IMG/VR virus record: IMGVR_UViG_3300009183_000050
Location: 64,001-128,000 of that record
Reading direction: 5' to 3' (one strand)
Length of the DNA stretch: 64,000 bases
Origin: a virus
Each line of letters opens with the position of its first letter. Positions within the stretch are counted from its first letter, which is position 1. The notes beneath the pieces are model-generated. The model saw only the letters and a list, made by a program, of their open reading frames with translations. It was not told where the DNA came from and did not search any database. A program made the position numbers and the translations under genes. Below are positions 29,189 to 38,618 of the stretch, piece after piece.

Positions 29189-30433
29189 TTGATTGAAACA
29201 GGGAAACTGACCATGCCTAAGTTAGCTAATCGTGACGCCTTCCTCGCCGCCGTCAAATCGACCTACGGTGATATCGAAACCATTGACCGCTCTAAGGTCA
29301 TCAATATCTGCTCGACCTACAATATGGATCTTCCAAACTGGCTATTGAATGACACCAGTCGCCGTGTCGCTCGTGGTGTCTATTCTCTGACCGGTGTGGT
29401 TGCTTCGACTGCTGAGAAGCCTGTCAAAGTGAAACCGGTGGCTGGTGTTCGAGCCACTGTTCCGATGGCTTCACAGCCTGTCGAAATTCTTGTCGCCGCG
29501 GAAATGGCCGCTACTATCTTGCAGATGAATCCTCAGGCCGAAACCTTCACTCTGATTCCTTCGAAGGCCACTGGCTATGTGCCATTCGGCAACTTCAATG
29601 ATGTTCGCCAGATTTTGAAGTCTGGTAAATTCTATCCCATGTATATCACTGGTCTGTCTGGTAACGGTAAGACCATGATGGTCGAGCAAGTGTGCGCTCA
29701 GGAAAAACGTGAACTGGTTCGCACTAACATCACCATCGAAACCGATGAAGATGACTTGCTCGGTGGTTTCCGCTTGCAAGATGGTAAGACGGTCTGGCAG
29801 AATGGTCCAGTCGTGGTCGCCATGGAACGTGGCGCCGTCCTGTTGCTTGATGAGGTTGACCTTGGCTCTAACAAGCTAATGTGCTTGCAACCTGTCCTCG
29901 AAGGCAAGCCTATCTACCTGAAGAAGGTCAACAAGGTGATCACGCCAGCCCCTGGTTTCACCATTGTGGCGACCGCCAACACCAAGGGTAAAGGTTCTGA
30001 TGACGGTCGCTTTATCGGCACCAACGTGATGAACGAAGCCTTCCTTGAGCGTTTCTCGATCACGATGGAACAGGAATATCCCTCGATCAAGGTTGAGCAG
30101 AAGATTGTGGCCAATGCTCTTGGTGCCAACGGCATTGCTGATAATGACTTTGTTGAAAAGCTTGTCACTTGGGCTGATGTAATCCGTAAGTCTTTCTATG
30201 AAGGTGCGGTCTCCGAGATCATCTCGACTCGCCGTCTGGTTCATATCTGTGAAGCCTATGCCATCTTCAACCAAGACCGTGAGAAAGCAATCCAGCTTTG
30301 CTTGAACCGCTTCGATATTGATACCAAGAACTCTTTCCTCGACCTCTACAAGAAGCTGGATGCCAGCCTGTCTCCTCTTCCCGAAGAAGAAACAAAAACC
30401 GAAACACAGGCCGATCCTGAGATCGCCTTCTGA
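29189..30433 (+). CDS. cobS: MoxR/CobS-like AAA+ ATPase
   Basis: GLSGNGKT, LLLDEVD, TANTKGKG..DGRFIG, EAFLERF, ISTRRLVH. Confidence 0.9.
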   Translation: MIETGKLTMPKLANRDAFLAAVKSTYGDIETIDRSKVINICSTYNMDLPNWLLNDTSRRVARGVYSLTGVVASTAEKPVKVKPVAGVRATVPMASQPVEILVAAEMAATILQMNPQAETFTLIPSKATGYVPFGNFNDVRQILKSGKFYPMYITGLSGNGKTMMVEQVCAQEKRELVRTNITIETDEDDLLGGFRLQDGKTVWQNGPVVVAMERGAVLLLDEVDLGSNKLMCLQPVLEGKPIYLKKVNKVITPAPGFTIVATANTKGKGSDDGRFIGTNVMNEAFLERFSITMEQEYPSIKVEQKIVANALGANGIADNDFVEKLVTWADVIRKSFYEGAVSEIISTRRLVHICEAYAIFNQDREKAIQLCLNRFDIDTKNSFLDLYKKLDASLSPLPEEETKTETQADPEIAF

Positions 30434-30529
30434 GATTGACGGGGGCTCCTTTCTCCCTCGTCATAAACTCCACGATGGCGGATTGGTCACCTGCCATCGT
30501 GGAGACTTTTATTTGAGTGACCTTTCATT

Positions 30530-30757
30530 ATGGAGAAAAATTACATGTCACAGTTAGCAAAAATCGAAAAGTACCTTCGCAGCAATTCTACTGGCGCAGG
30601 CGTAACCCCACAAAAGCTGGCTAAGCTGGCTGGTGTTACCAAAGAGGTTGTCTATAAGCGCATCTCCGACCTTCGCAATCTGCGTGGTGAGACCATCTAT
30701 AGCAACCATCGGACTGTCAAAGGTCAGAAGCAACTTTTCTACCGCATCGCCGCATAA
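30530..30757 (+). CDS. Small winged-HTH DNA-binding protein
   Basis: VTPQKLAKLAGVTKEVVYKRISDLR helix-turn-helix pattern. Confidence 0.65.
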   Translation: MEKNYMSQLAKIEKYLRSNSTGAGVTPQKLAKLAGVTKEVVYKRISDLRNLRGETIYSNHRTVKGQKQLFYRIAA

Positions 30758-30777
30758 TTTTTCTGATTGATCTAAAA

Positions 30778-30809
30778 AGGGATGCTATATATCTGTGTAG
30801 CATCCCTTT
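30778..30809 (+). terminator. Hairpin / putative terminator
   Basis: AGGGATGCTA...TAGCATCCCT stem followed by TT. Confidence 0.55.
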
Positions 30810-30824
30810 CGTCATATTTTAGGA

Positions 30825-31652
30825 GTGATCATTATGGAATTATCTATCAGCGTTGAAAGTCTACGCAAACACAAACTGTTTGTAGCCACCCCCATGTATG
30901 GCGGTAACTGCAACGGTCTCTACATGAAAGCATGTCTCGACCTCCAAGGTCTATGCTCACAATACGGCATCGAGGTCCGTTTCTCTTTCCTCTTCAACGA
31001 ATCCCTTATTACCCGCGCTCGAAACTATCTGGTAGATGAGTTCCTTCGCTCCGGTTACACTCACCTTCTCTTCATTGATTCGGACATTCTCTTCAATCCA
31101 CAGGACGTATTGGCCTTGATGGCTCTGGACAAAGATGTTATCGGCGGTCCATATCCAAAGAAGTCCATCAACTGGAGGAATGTCTTTAGAGCCGCTAAAC
31201 GGGTGATCGAAGATACAAACATCGACCAAGAGAAGTTCAATCCAGGTGAACTCGAAGGTGTTACCGGCGAGTATGTATTCAATGCGGTTCCTGGAACCAC
31301 ACAGTTCAAGGTTTCTGAACCTCTTGAGGTCATGGAAATCGGCACTGGCTTCATGCTTATCAAGCAGGCGGTGTTCACCAAGTTTGCTGAAGAGTATCCA
31401 CACTTGAACTACAAGCCAGACCATGCAGGTCAGGCCAACTTCGATGGTTCAAGGTATATCCATGCATACTTCGACACCGTGATCGATCCAGACAGCCACC
31501 GTTACCTCTCTGAGGACTATATGTTCTGTCAGTATTGGAGAGCGATTGGAGGCTCTATCTGGCTCTGCCCATGGATGCGAACACAGCATGTAGGCACCTA
31601 TGCCTTCACGGGTGATATGAATGCAATCGCGGCTCTAACCGGGAATCTCTAA
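30825..31652 (+). CDS. GT-A fold glycosyltransferase-like protein
   Basis: VATPMYGG, ESLITRARN, LLFIDSDI (DxD), GTGFMLI, SEDYMFC. Confidence 0.75.
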   Translation: MIIMELSISVESLRKHKLFVATPMYGGNCNGLYMKACLDLQGLCSQYGIEVRFSFLFNESLITRARNYLVDEFLRSGYTHLLFIDSDILFNPQDVLALMALDKDVIGGPYPKKSINWRNVFRAAKRVIEDTNIDQEKFNPGELEGVTGEYVFNAVPGTTQFKVSEPLEVMEIGTGFMLIKQAVFTKFAEEYPHLNYKPDHAGQANFDGSRYIHAYFDTVIDPDSHRYLSEDYMFCQYWRAIGGSIWLCPWMRTQHVGTYAFTGDMNAIAALTGNL

Positions 31653-32335
31653 TGATCATAGGCGTTGTCGGATTCTTAGGATCAGGCAAGGGGACGGCGG
31701 GTGATATCCTAATCGAACAACATGGATACACCCGCGTGTCTTTTGCTGATGCACTCAAAGATGCTGTATCGGTTATCTTTGATTGGCCAAGGGACCTTCT
31801 CGAAGGTGATACCGAAACCAGCCGTATCTTCCGTGAGACGAGAGATAAGTGGTGGTCAGAGAGGTTTGGTTATGACGTAACACCTCGATACATGCTTCAG
31901 CTTATGGGAACCGAGGCTGGTCGAGATGTATTCAATGAGAACCTTTGGGTTCACACTGTCGCCAAGCGCATCCGTTCTATGCAGGATAATGAGTCAAAGG
32001 ACAAGTTTGTAATTCCTGATGTTCGGTTTCCAAACGAACTGGAATTCATTCGAAGGATGGGTGGGCATATTATCCGTGTTGTAAGAGGTCCCGACCCTGA
32101 GTGGTACAATCTCGCTCATGCGGCTAACAATCCTAGTTTCACACATTCGAATGAAGCCTATGCTGAGATGGAAAAGTTAGGTGTTCACTACTCTGAGTGG
32201 GCATGGATTGGCCAGCAATTTGATTATCAGATCGACAACAATGGCAGCCTTCTAATGTTGGAATCCGATATAAAACATATGCTGAAGGTCTTTACAGGCC
32301 CGAAAAAACCTGATACAATGAATAATGTAGCGTGA
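31652..32335 (+). CDS. Deoxynucleoside monophosphate kinase (gp1-like)
   Basis: GFLGSGKGT, SFADALKD, TPRYMLQLMGTE, IPDVRFPNE. Confidence 0.9.
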   Translation: MIIGVVGFLGSGKGTAGDILIEQHGYTRVSFADALKDAVSVIFDWPRDLLEGDTETSRIFRETRDKWWSERFGYDVTPRYMLQLMGTEAGRDVFNENLWVHTVAKRIRSMQDNESKDKFVIPDVRFPNELEFIRRMGGHIIRVVRGPDPEWYNLAHAANNPSFTHSNEAYAEMEKLGVHYSEWAWIGQQFDYQIDNNGSLLMLESDIKHMLKVFTGPKKPDTMNNVA

Positions 32336-32350
32336 AATTAGGAGTATATC

Positions 32351-33007
32351 ATGAAGCTATCTGAACAGACATTGACTGTATTGAAGAACTTTGCATCCAT
32401 CAACTCTGGTGTTGTTCTGCAAAAAGGTAATGTTCAAAAGACTATCTCACCTGAACAGACTATCCTGTTTGAAGCTAAACTCGAAGATAACATCCCTGAA
32501 CCGTTTGGTATCTATGACTTGAACCAGTTTCTCGGCAATGTCACCACATTGAAGAATCCTGAATTGACCTTCTCTGATAAGAGCGTTATTATGGATGATG
32601 GTGATATTCAGTTGAACTATTACTCATCATCTCCAGGTCTCATCATCTCTCCTCCTCAAGGCAAAGACCTTGTGTTGAAGAATATTGATGTTACCTTCAA
32701 CCTTACTAACTCTACACTCACCAAGCTTCTTCGCTTGGCTGCCATGAATGATCTTTCGAACATCACTGTTGTTGGTAAGAATGGTGAACTTCGTTTGCAA
32801 ACTCATGAAAAGTCTAATGATACCTCGAACTTCGCATCAACAAAGGTCGATGACTATACTGGTGCCGACTTCGCTGTATCTTTCAAGACTGAATATCTTC
32901 GCTTGATTCCAGATGACTACACCGTCGAGATTTCAATCGGCAGTTTCTCTAAGTTTGTTAACAAGGGCGGTAATCTCACCTATTTCATTGCGATGGAGAA
33001 GAAATAA
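32351..33007 (+). CDS. gp45: Sliding clamp gp45
   Basis: MKLSEQTLTVLKNFASIN, FGIYDLNQFL, YFIAME. Confidence 0.95.
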   Translation: MKLSEQTLTVLKNFASINSGVVLQKGNVQKTISPEQTILFEAKLEDNIPEPFGIYDLNQFLGNVTTLKNPELTFSDKSVIMDDGDIQLNYYSSSPGLIISPPQGKDLVLKNIDVTFNLTNSTLTKLLRLAAMNDLSNITVVGKNGELRLQTHEKSNDTSNFASTKVDDYTGADFAVSFKTEYLRLIPDDYTVEISIGSFSKFVNKGGNLTYFIAMEKK

Positions 33008-33300
33008 TGGCTACCATTGGTCACAACCACCCAACTGTAACCGTCAATTCACTTTCAACCGAGGACAAGAAGAAACTTCGCGGTGCTATCAATGAACTGA
33101 ACGATAGCATGACCCGCACAGCGGCTGAACGTGACCTTCAGAAAGAAACCATCAACAAGGTCTTCGAAGACCTTGGTGTTGATAAGAAGGTTGTCCGCCG
33201 CATGGCTAAAGCCTACTACAAGGCTAACTTCAATGAAGAGATCGAAGAAAACAAAAACTTCGAAGAGATGTATGATGTTGTTATGAAAACACTTCCATAA
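33007..33300 (+). CDS. T4 DsbA-like dsDNA-binding protein
   Basis: SMTRTAAERDLQKE...RRMAKAYYKANF.EE pattern. Confidence 0.6.
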   Translation: MATIGHNHPTVTVNSLSTEDKKKLRGAINELNDSMTRTAAERDLQKETINKVFEDLGVDKKVVRRMAKAYYKANFNEEIEENKNFEEMYDVVMKTLP

Positions 33301-33309
33301 GGAGTTGAT

Positions 33310-33585
33310 ATGAAGTTTGTAACTGTCATGGATATGTGGTTACTGATAATGAACATCGGGCTTCTGGGGTTCATTATCTACTTCGGTCGAAAGGTAAGCG
33401 CAACACTGGTTCGCATTGCTGGTGTTGCTGATCGAACTGCTGATACGCCCGAAAAGAATCGCATTTTGAAAATCATCCGACTAGAGATTGAAACTCATTC
33501 TCAAATGGCATCTATGGGTGATGCTGATGCTCGGATAATTTATGATGTTCTGAAGGATATTGAAAAGCAGATCATCAACAAATGA
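33310..33585 (+). CDS. Hypothetical membrane protein
   Basis: N-terminal hydrophobic helix; GGAG SD. Confidence 0.55.
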   Translation: MKFVTVMDMWLLIMNIGLLGFIIYFGRKVSATLVRIAGVADRTADTPEKNRILKIIRLEIETHSQMASMGDADARIIYDVLKDIEKQIINK

Positions 33586-33782
33586 TCGATCCAGAACGAA
33601 AGAAAAGATTGATGGAGTTGTCGGCTCATATTGACAACGCCATCATGATGTGCGATAATGAGGTTGAGTTGTTAGGATTAGCATCGCTGATGATGATATA
33701 TTCTAAGAACATAATCGTCGACCAGTTGAATGAAGATGTTTGGCGCAGGACGGTTGAAAAGTTTATGAAAGATGAAAAATGA
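33582..33782 (+). CDS. Hypothetical protein
   Basis: Overlapping start/stop with both neighbours. Confidence 0.55.
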   Translation: MIDPERKKRLMELSAHIDNAIMMCDNEVELLGLASLMMIYSKNIIVDQLNEDVWRRTVEKFMKDEK

Positions 33783-34714
33783 CTGAGTTTCTCTGGTGTG
33801 AAAAGTATCGACCTAAGTCTGTAGCGGATTGTATCTTACCTGATCGTATCAAGAGTGTGTTTCAGAGTTATGTTGATGCCGCCTCTATTCCAAATCTCAT
33901 GCTGACTGGTTCGGCTGGTGTTGGTAAGACAACAGTCGCCATGGCTATGTGTGAACAGATTGGCTTGAATCATCTGTTCATCAACTCATCGGAAGAGCGT
34001 GGTATTGATACCCTTCGAACTAAGATCAAAGGGTATGCTTCTACCATCTCATTGACTGGTGGTCGAAAGGTTATCATTCTAGATGAGGCTGACTATCTTA
34101 CACCAGAAGCTCAGGCTGGTTTGCGTGGAACTATCGAAGAGTTCTCCGATAATTGCACCTTTATCTTCACATGTAACTTTAAATCACGCCTGATCGATGC
34201 TCTACATTCTCGGTGTTCGGTGATTGACTTCTCACTGAAGCCTGATGAAAAACCTCGTATGGCATCACAGTTAATGTCTCGTTTGGGTATCGTTCTCGGT
34301 AAAGAAGGTGTTGAATATGACAAGCAGGTCCTTATCAAAATCATCGAAAAGTTTTTCCCAGATTATCGGAGGACTCTCAATGAACTCCAACGATATAGCA
34401 ACTCTGGTTCTCTTGATGCTGGTATCATCTCTCAGGTTTCAGATGTAAGGAAGATCAATGATCTGGTTGGATATCTGAAGAACCAAGACTTCTCTGAGAT
34501 GCGTAAGTGGGTTGTGGCTAACTCTGATATTGAACCAGCCCGTATCTACCGTAAAATCTATGACTCACTCTATGAGTATTTCAAACCAGATAGTATTCCA
34601 CAAGCGGTTGTTATTCTGGCCAAATATCAATATCAAGCGGCATTTGTGGCTGATCAAGAGATCAACCTTGTGGCTTGCTTGACAGAAATCATGGTGGATT
34701 GTGAATATGTCTAA
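33779..34714 (+). CDS. gp44: Clamp loader large subunit gp44
   Basis: LWCEKYRP, GSAGVGKTT, IILDEAD, LHSRC, FPDYRR. Confidence 0.96.
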   Translation: MTEFLWCEKYRPKSVADCILPDRIKSVFQSYVDAASIPNLMLTGSAGVGKTTVAMAMCEQIGLNHLFINSSEERGIDTLRTKIKGYASTISLTGGRKVIILDEADYLTPEAQAGLRGTIEEFSDNCTFIFTCNFKSRLIDALHSRCSVIDFSLKPDEKPRMASQLMSRLGIVLGKEGVEYDKQVLIKIIEKFFPDYRRTLNELQRYSNSGSLDAGIISQVSDVRKINDLVGYLKNQDFSEMRKWVVANSDIEPARIYRKIYDSLYEYFKPDSIPQAVVILAKYQYQAAFVADQEINLVACLTEIMVDCEYV

Positions 34715-35156
34715 GAGCATCGAAATGATGGGTCGTGCGGGTGAGACTATCATAGTCAACTACTGCACGGCCGCTGGGCAAAAGGTAACATTATCTGAAG
34801 ATCAATATGATAGTCAGAAAGATATGATTATCGATGGGTTGAAGGTTGAAGTGAAGACGCAAGTACCTTACATATACAAGAATGCTTTCAGCTTCAAACC
34901 TAATCAGTTGCGTAAGTGTAAGAATGCTGACCGCGTAATCTTCATCTCGGTACCTAGCAAAGAGAAGCCTCATCATTCCGATGGTAAAGTTTATCTCATC
35001 AAGTCGGCTGAGATGAAGCATTCATCATACAAGACGAAAGATGGTAGAGATATGATTGCGGTGCCTATCGATCAAGAAAGTATGGATGAACTCTTTACTT
35101 TGAGTAAAAAACAGTGTATACTACTCCAGAGTTACTCAGTGAGTGCATGGAACTAA
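34701..35156 (+). CDS. Putative PD-(D/E)XK nuclease
   Basis: G..GE, DMIIDG..VEVKT motif. Confidence 0.5.
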   Translation: MNMSKSIEMMGRAGETIIVNYCTAAGQKVTLSEDQYDSQKDMIIDGLKVEVKTQVPYIYKNAFSFKPNQLRKCKNADRVIFISVPSKEKPHHSDGKVYLIKSAEMKHSSYKTKDGRDMIAVPIDQESMDELFTLSKKQCILLQSYSVSAWN

Positions 35157-35176
35157 TGTGAAAAGGAGAATGTTAA

Positions 35177-36328
35177 ATGTTAATGAAGCATACGTCATTA
35201 AGTGTGGATGAAGTGACTATTCGCACTATTTTTGGTACTGCCGTAGATGTGGTTGCATATTATGATACCTTTGATGAGGCTGCTTGTGAAGCCAAGCAGA
35301 CTGGAGGCACTTTCATCAAATTTGGTTGGTTTGATATTTCAGAACTTGCATATGATGATGAAAAATTAGAAAATCGAATGATTCGATTTAAGCAAAATAA
35401 GATAGAAGCAACTGAAGATATGTTGCATACTCTTTCTAATAAAGGATGGGATTCAGGTTATTTCCCACCTATTGTTAGTTCTAACGGTAAAATCTTAGAC
35501 GGTAAAACCAGAATCCGAGCATCTATTCGTGCTGGCCAAAAATATATTCCTTGCGCCATCTTTGAATATGAAAACGATAACTCGGTTAGAACTACCAATA
35601 GTAATGGTGTGAAGGCCAATTATCGTGATCCCGCCACAGCGGCAACCATGAAAGATTTTGAAGCGGCTGGTGTAGGCATTATCCTTGCTGATGAGATGAA
35701 TAATGATGCTGCTGAAATCGCAGATTGGCTGTATAATGAGATGGAAGTTACCAGAGTATTCAGTAATAATAACGGTATCATCACAAAAATAATCAATAGT
35801 ATCATAGATTCTGTTAGAAGAAACAAGAATGGTCAAGTCTTACTAATCAAAGATCGTAAAGAGTGGCTGCCATGGTTAGAAGAGTCATTGAACAGACATG
35901 CGGCATATTATCGAAACAAGTTTGGTATCCAGTCTATGGATGATTTTGCCTTTTATCAAACAGGCGGTAATAAAGATGCGATGACATTCTGTGAACATAT
36001 TCTTCCAAATGCGGCACGGGGTATTGTAACGAACATCATCTTATATTCTATGGATTCTAATCCAGATAACGCTGCTGAGGATCATCACAATTACATAAAG
36101 TCGATTGAACAATATGAAGGCTTTATGTATGGTTGGATCAACAGAGAACTTTCTGGCATAAAGATTTCAAAGCCGCAAAACTCAACTCCTCTTTGGAGGG
36201 TTATCGGTGTGATACCACAATTTCTTGAAAAAGATAGTCATCGAAAGCTACTGGATAATTACATGTTAGCCTCTATGGATGATATTCCTGATATCAATGT
36301 TCTGAATAGCTTGTTTACCTGTCCATGA
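35177..36328 (+). CDS. Protein with ParB/Srx-like N-terminal domain
   Basis: PPIV...KILDGKTRIRA motif; C-terminal part unrecognised. Confidence 0.5.
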   Translation: MLMKHTSLSVDEVTIRTIFGTAVDVVAYYDTFDEAACEAKQTGGTFIKFGWFDISELAYDDEKLENRMIRFKQNKIEATEDMLHTLSNKGWDSGYFPPIVSSNGKILDGKTRIRASIRAGQKYIPCAIFEYENDNSVRTTNSNGVKANYRDPATAATMKDFEAAGVGIILADEMNNDAAEIADWLYNEMEVTRVFSNNNGIITKIINSIIDSVRRNKNGQVLLIKDRKEWLPWLEESLNRHAAYYRNKFGIQSMDDFAFYQTGGNKDAMTFCEHILPNAARGIVTNIILYSMDSNPDNAAEDHHNYIKSIEQYEGFMYGWINRELSGIKISKPQNSTPLWRVIGVIPQFLEKDSHRKLLDNYMLASMDDIPDINVLNSLFTCP

Positions 36329-36750
36329 CTGATCTCTTCAAAGACGTAATACCATCTATCTTACAAAGCAAAAAGCATGTAATCTCCTCAGAGAATGAGA
36401 GAGATTATGTGCCTTTTGTCGTTAACAAAGCACTATCATTTCACTATGATTGTGTTCTTCAGGCGAACCAGATGAATCTCATTCCTAACACCGAGAAACT
36501 CCTTCAATATCACTATCTTATAAATAAAATAAGAGGGTATCGCCGCCCATTCCAGAAGTGGCAAAAGCGTGAGACCATCGAAGATTTGGAGTCTATCAAG
36601 GAGTATTTCAACTACTCGAATGAGAAGGCTAAAGAGGCGCTTACAGTCTTGACTTCTGATCAGATCATTGAAATAAGAAAAAAATTGAATAAAGGTGGTT
36701 TGAATGTTGAATCCAGACGAACTAATAGAGGTGCTACTAAAGGAACCTGA
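36325..36750 (+). CDS. gp62: Clamp loader small subunit gp62
   Basis: YVPFVVNKALS, IKEYFNYSNEKAKEAL. Confidence 0.93.
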   Translation: MTDLFKDVIPSILQSKKHVISSENERDYVPFVVNKALSFHYDCVLQANQMNLIPNTEKLLQYHYLINKIRGYRRPFQKWQKRETIEDLESIKEYFNYSNEKAKEALTVLTSDQIIEIRKKLNKGGLNVESRRTNRGATKGT

Positions 36751-37108
36751 TGATTTCTTAAAAGTTAGAGAGACGCTATCTCGTATAGGCGTAGCATCTA
36801 AAAAAGACAAAACTCTATATCAGTCTGCTCATATCTTACATAAGCAAGGCAAATACTATATTATACATTTTAAGCAACTCTTCATTCTGGATGGTAAGAA
36901 GTCTGACTTCTCTGATGATGACAAAGCTAGACTGAATACTATTGCTAACCTATTGGCTGAATGGAATCTATTGAAGTTGGTTGATCCTAGTAAGTCTCAG
37001 GACCCTGTTGCACCACTAAGTCAGATCAAGATCATCTCACACCGCGAGAAAGATGATTGGATTCTTGTAACTAAATACAACATAGGCAAGAAACGCAAAG
37101 AAGATTGA
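36704..37108 (+). CDS. regA: Translational repressor RegA
   Basis: DDFLKVRETLSRIG, LYQSAHILHKQGKYYIIHFK, KYNIG. Confidence 0.96.
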   Translation: MLNPDELIEVLLKEPDDFLKVRETLSRIGVASKKDKTLYQSAHILHKQGKYYIIHFKQLFILDGKKSDFSDDDKARLNTIANLLAEWNLLKLVDPSKSQDPVAPLSQIKIISHREKDDWILVTKYNIGKKRKED

Positions 37109-37129
37109 TTGAGAGTTACATAAAACATA

Positions 37130-37696
37130 ATGGAGTATATTATGACTACTTTGAAAATCTATAAAACTAATCCAGAAGTAATTCTTCCCACCTTTGGTAC
37201 ACAACAGGCCGCATGTTTCGATATTGCTTTCCAAGCTTATGGTAAGTATGAGTATGCTGGCTACAGTGCTTTCAATTCACACTTCACTAGAACACTCAAA
37301 GATGGTCGAGCCGTGATAATGCCTGGTGACCGCATCATGGTACCTACTGGGATTATCTTTGATATACCTGAAGGATATTCAATTCGTATTCATCCTCGCT
37401 CAGGGCTTTCGTATAAGCAAGGATTGGTACTAGCTAATCTTGAAGCCGTAATCGATTCGGATTACTTTCAAGAAACCTTCGTTCTTCTCACCAATCATTC
37501 TGAGAATCCTGTCACTATCAGCAATGGTGACCGTATCGCACAAGCTGAATTAGTGCAGAGTTTGAAGTATGCTATTGTTGAAACATCCGAAGCACCAACA
37601 CAGAAAACTGATCGTGTTGGTGGTCTCGGTTCGACCGGTGTTGAGACACCCGTTTTTGAAAAGCGCGGTCGTGGAAGACCTAAGAAGGTTGCTTAA
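37130..37696 (+). CDS. dut: Trimeric dUTPase
   Basis: PRSGL, VIDSDY, GDRIAQ, RVGGLGSTG motifs. Confidence 0.93.
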   Translation: MEYIMTTLKIYKTNPEVILPTFGTQQAACFDIAFQAYGKYEYAGYSAFNSHFTRTLKDGRAVIMPGDRIMVPTGIIFDIPEGYSIRIHPRSGLSYKQGLVLANLEAVIDSDYFQETFVLLTNHSENPVTISNGDRIAQAELVQSLKYAIVETSEAPTQKTDRVGGLGSTGVETPVFEKRGRGRPKKVA

Positions 37697-38043
37697 TGAA
37701 AAACTATCATCATCATAAGATAGAATCGAGACCTGCCGTCATTGAAGTTGACGGTGGGATTACCATTCGTATTGATGAAAACAACAACATCAATATCGAA
37801 GGTCATAATGATATGAACTTCAACTGTAGTGGTGACTTGAACATTAATGCCAAGAAGATAAATATGATGGGTGATGATGATGTTCGTGTAGAATCAAAAA
37901 CTCATATGGTCTATCAAGCCCCTCGCATCGATTTCAATCCAGATGATGTGGTTCCAACACAAGAAGAACTGGATGCATATATGAAATCCATGGTGATGCA
38001 GTCAAATCCTGAAGAACATTGTTGTGAAGGCCACGAACACTAA
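37696..38043 (+). CDS. Beta-helix protein resembling the gp5 spike C-terminus
   Basis: Repeating beta-strand pattern ending in APRIDFN; near a PAAR gene. Confidence 0.45.
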   Translation: MKNYHHHKIESRPAVIEVDGGITIRIDENNNINIEGHNDMNFNCSGDLNINAKKINMMGDDDVRVESKTHMVYQAPRIDFNPDDVVPTQEELDAYMKSMVMQSNPEEHCCEGHEH

Positions 38044-38618
38044 TGCTTTTAGATCCTTCAGTCTTACCTGACGTATACACATGGACGTATATCAGCGATG
38101 GTGTAAACGTCATTGATGAAACATCAGGTAATTCTATAGTGGCCATATCCAATGTCACTAATGTATCTTTTAGCGTTCATCAACCAAATGTTGTCGTATC
38201 TGTGGTTAGCAATAAAGTAATCTTCACAGGATCATATAGATCAGGAAATACTGAGAACATAGTATATCTGGATAAACCAAATGGATGTTATGGTATAACT
38301 CCAACATACTATGCATTTAGTTATGATTCGGTACCTCCAGATAAAACTGTGTTTTGGCTGAATACAGGCACCACTGATGATATAATTGTAACTCATAACT
38401 TTACGGTAAACTATACGGCTGGTGGTAATGGAACTTTTACTATCGATAGAACAGTAAAGAAGAACATCACAGCAGCTTATAATTTTTTGATAGATTACTA
38501 TCAACTTACATCTGCAAATTCACATCAGGCAAACACTTATAACGTAGATGCTACATATCTGAAATCTGATGATGCTAATAACACAATAGATACTGAAAGG
38601 TATAATGGAGGTTACTGA
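38043..38618 (+). CDS. Hypothetical (probable baseplate/structural) protein
   Basis: Beta-rich ORF coupled to the PAAR gene. Confidence 0.45.
   Translation: MLLDPSVLPDVYTWTYISDGVNVIDETSGNSIVAISNVTNVSFSVHQPNVVVSVVSNKVIFTGSYRSGNTENIVYLDKPNGCYGITPTYYAFSYDSVPPDKTVFWLNTGTTDDIIVTHNFTVNYTAGGNGTFTIDRTVKKNITAAYNFLIDYYQLTSANSHQANTYNVDATYLKSDDANNTIDTERYNGGY

Noticed and set aside
29189-30433. Cobalamin biosynthesis role for the CobS-like ATPase
   Set aside because: No cobN or other cob genes in the window, and the partner carries a peptidase-like domain
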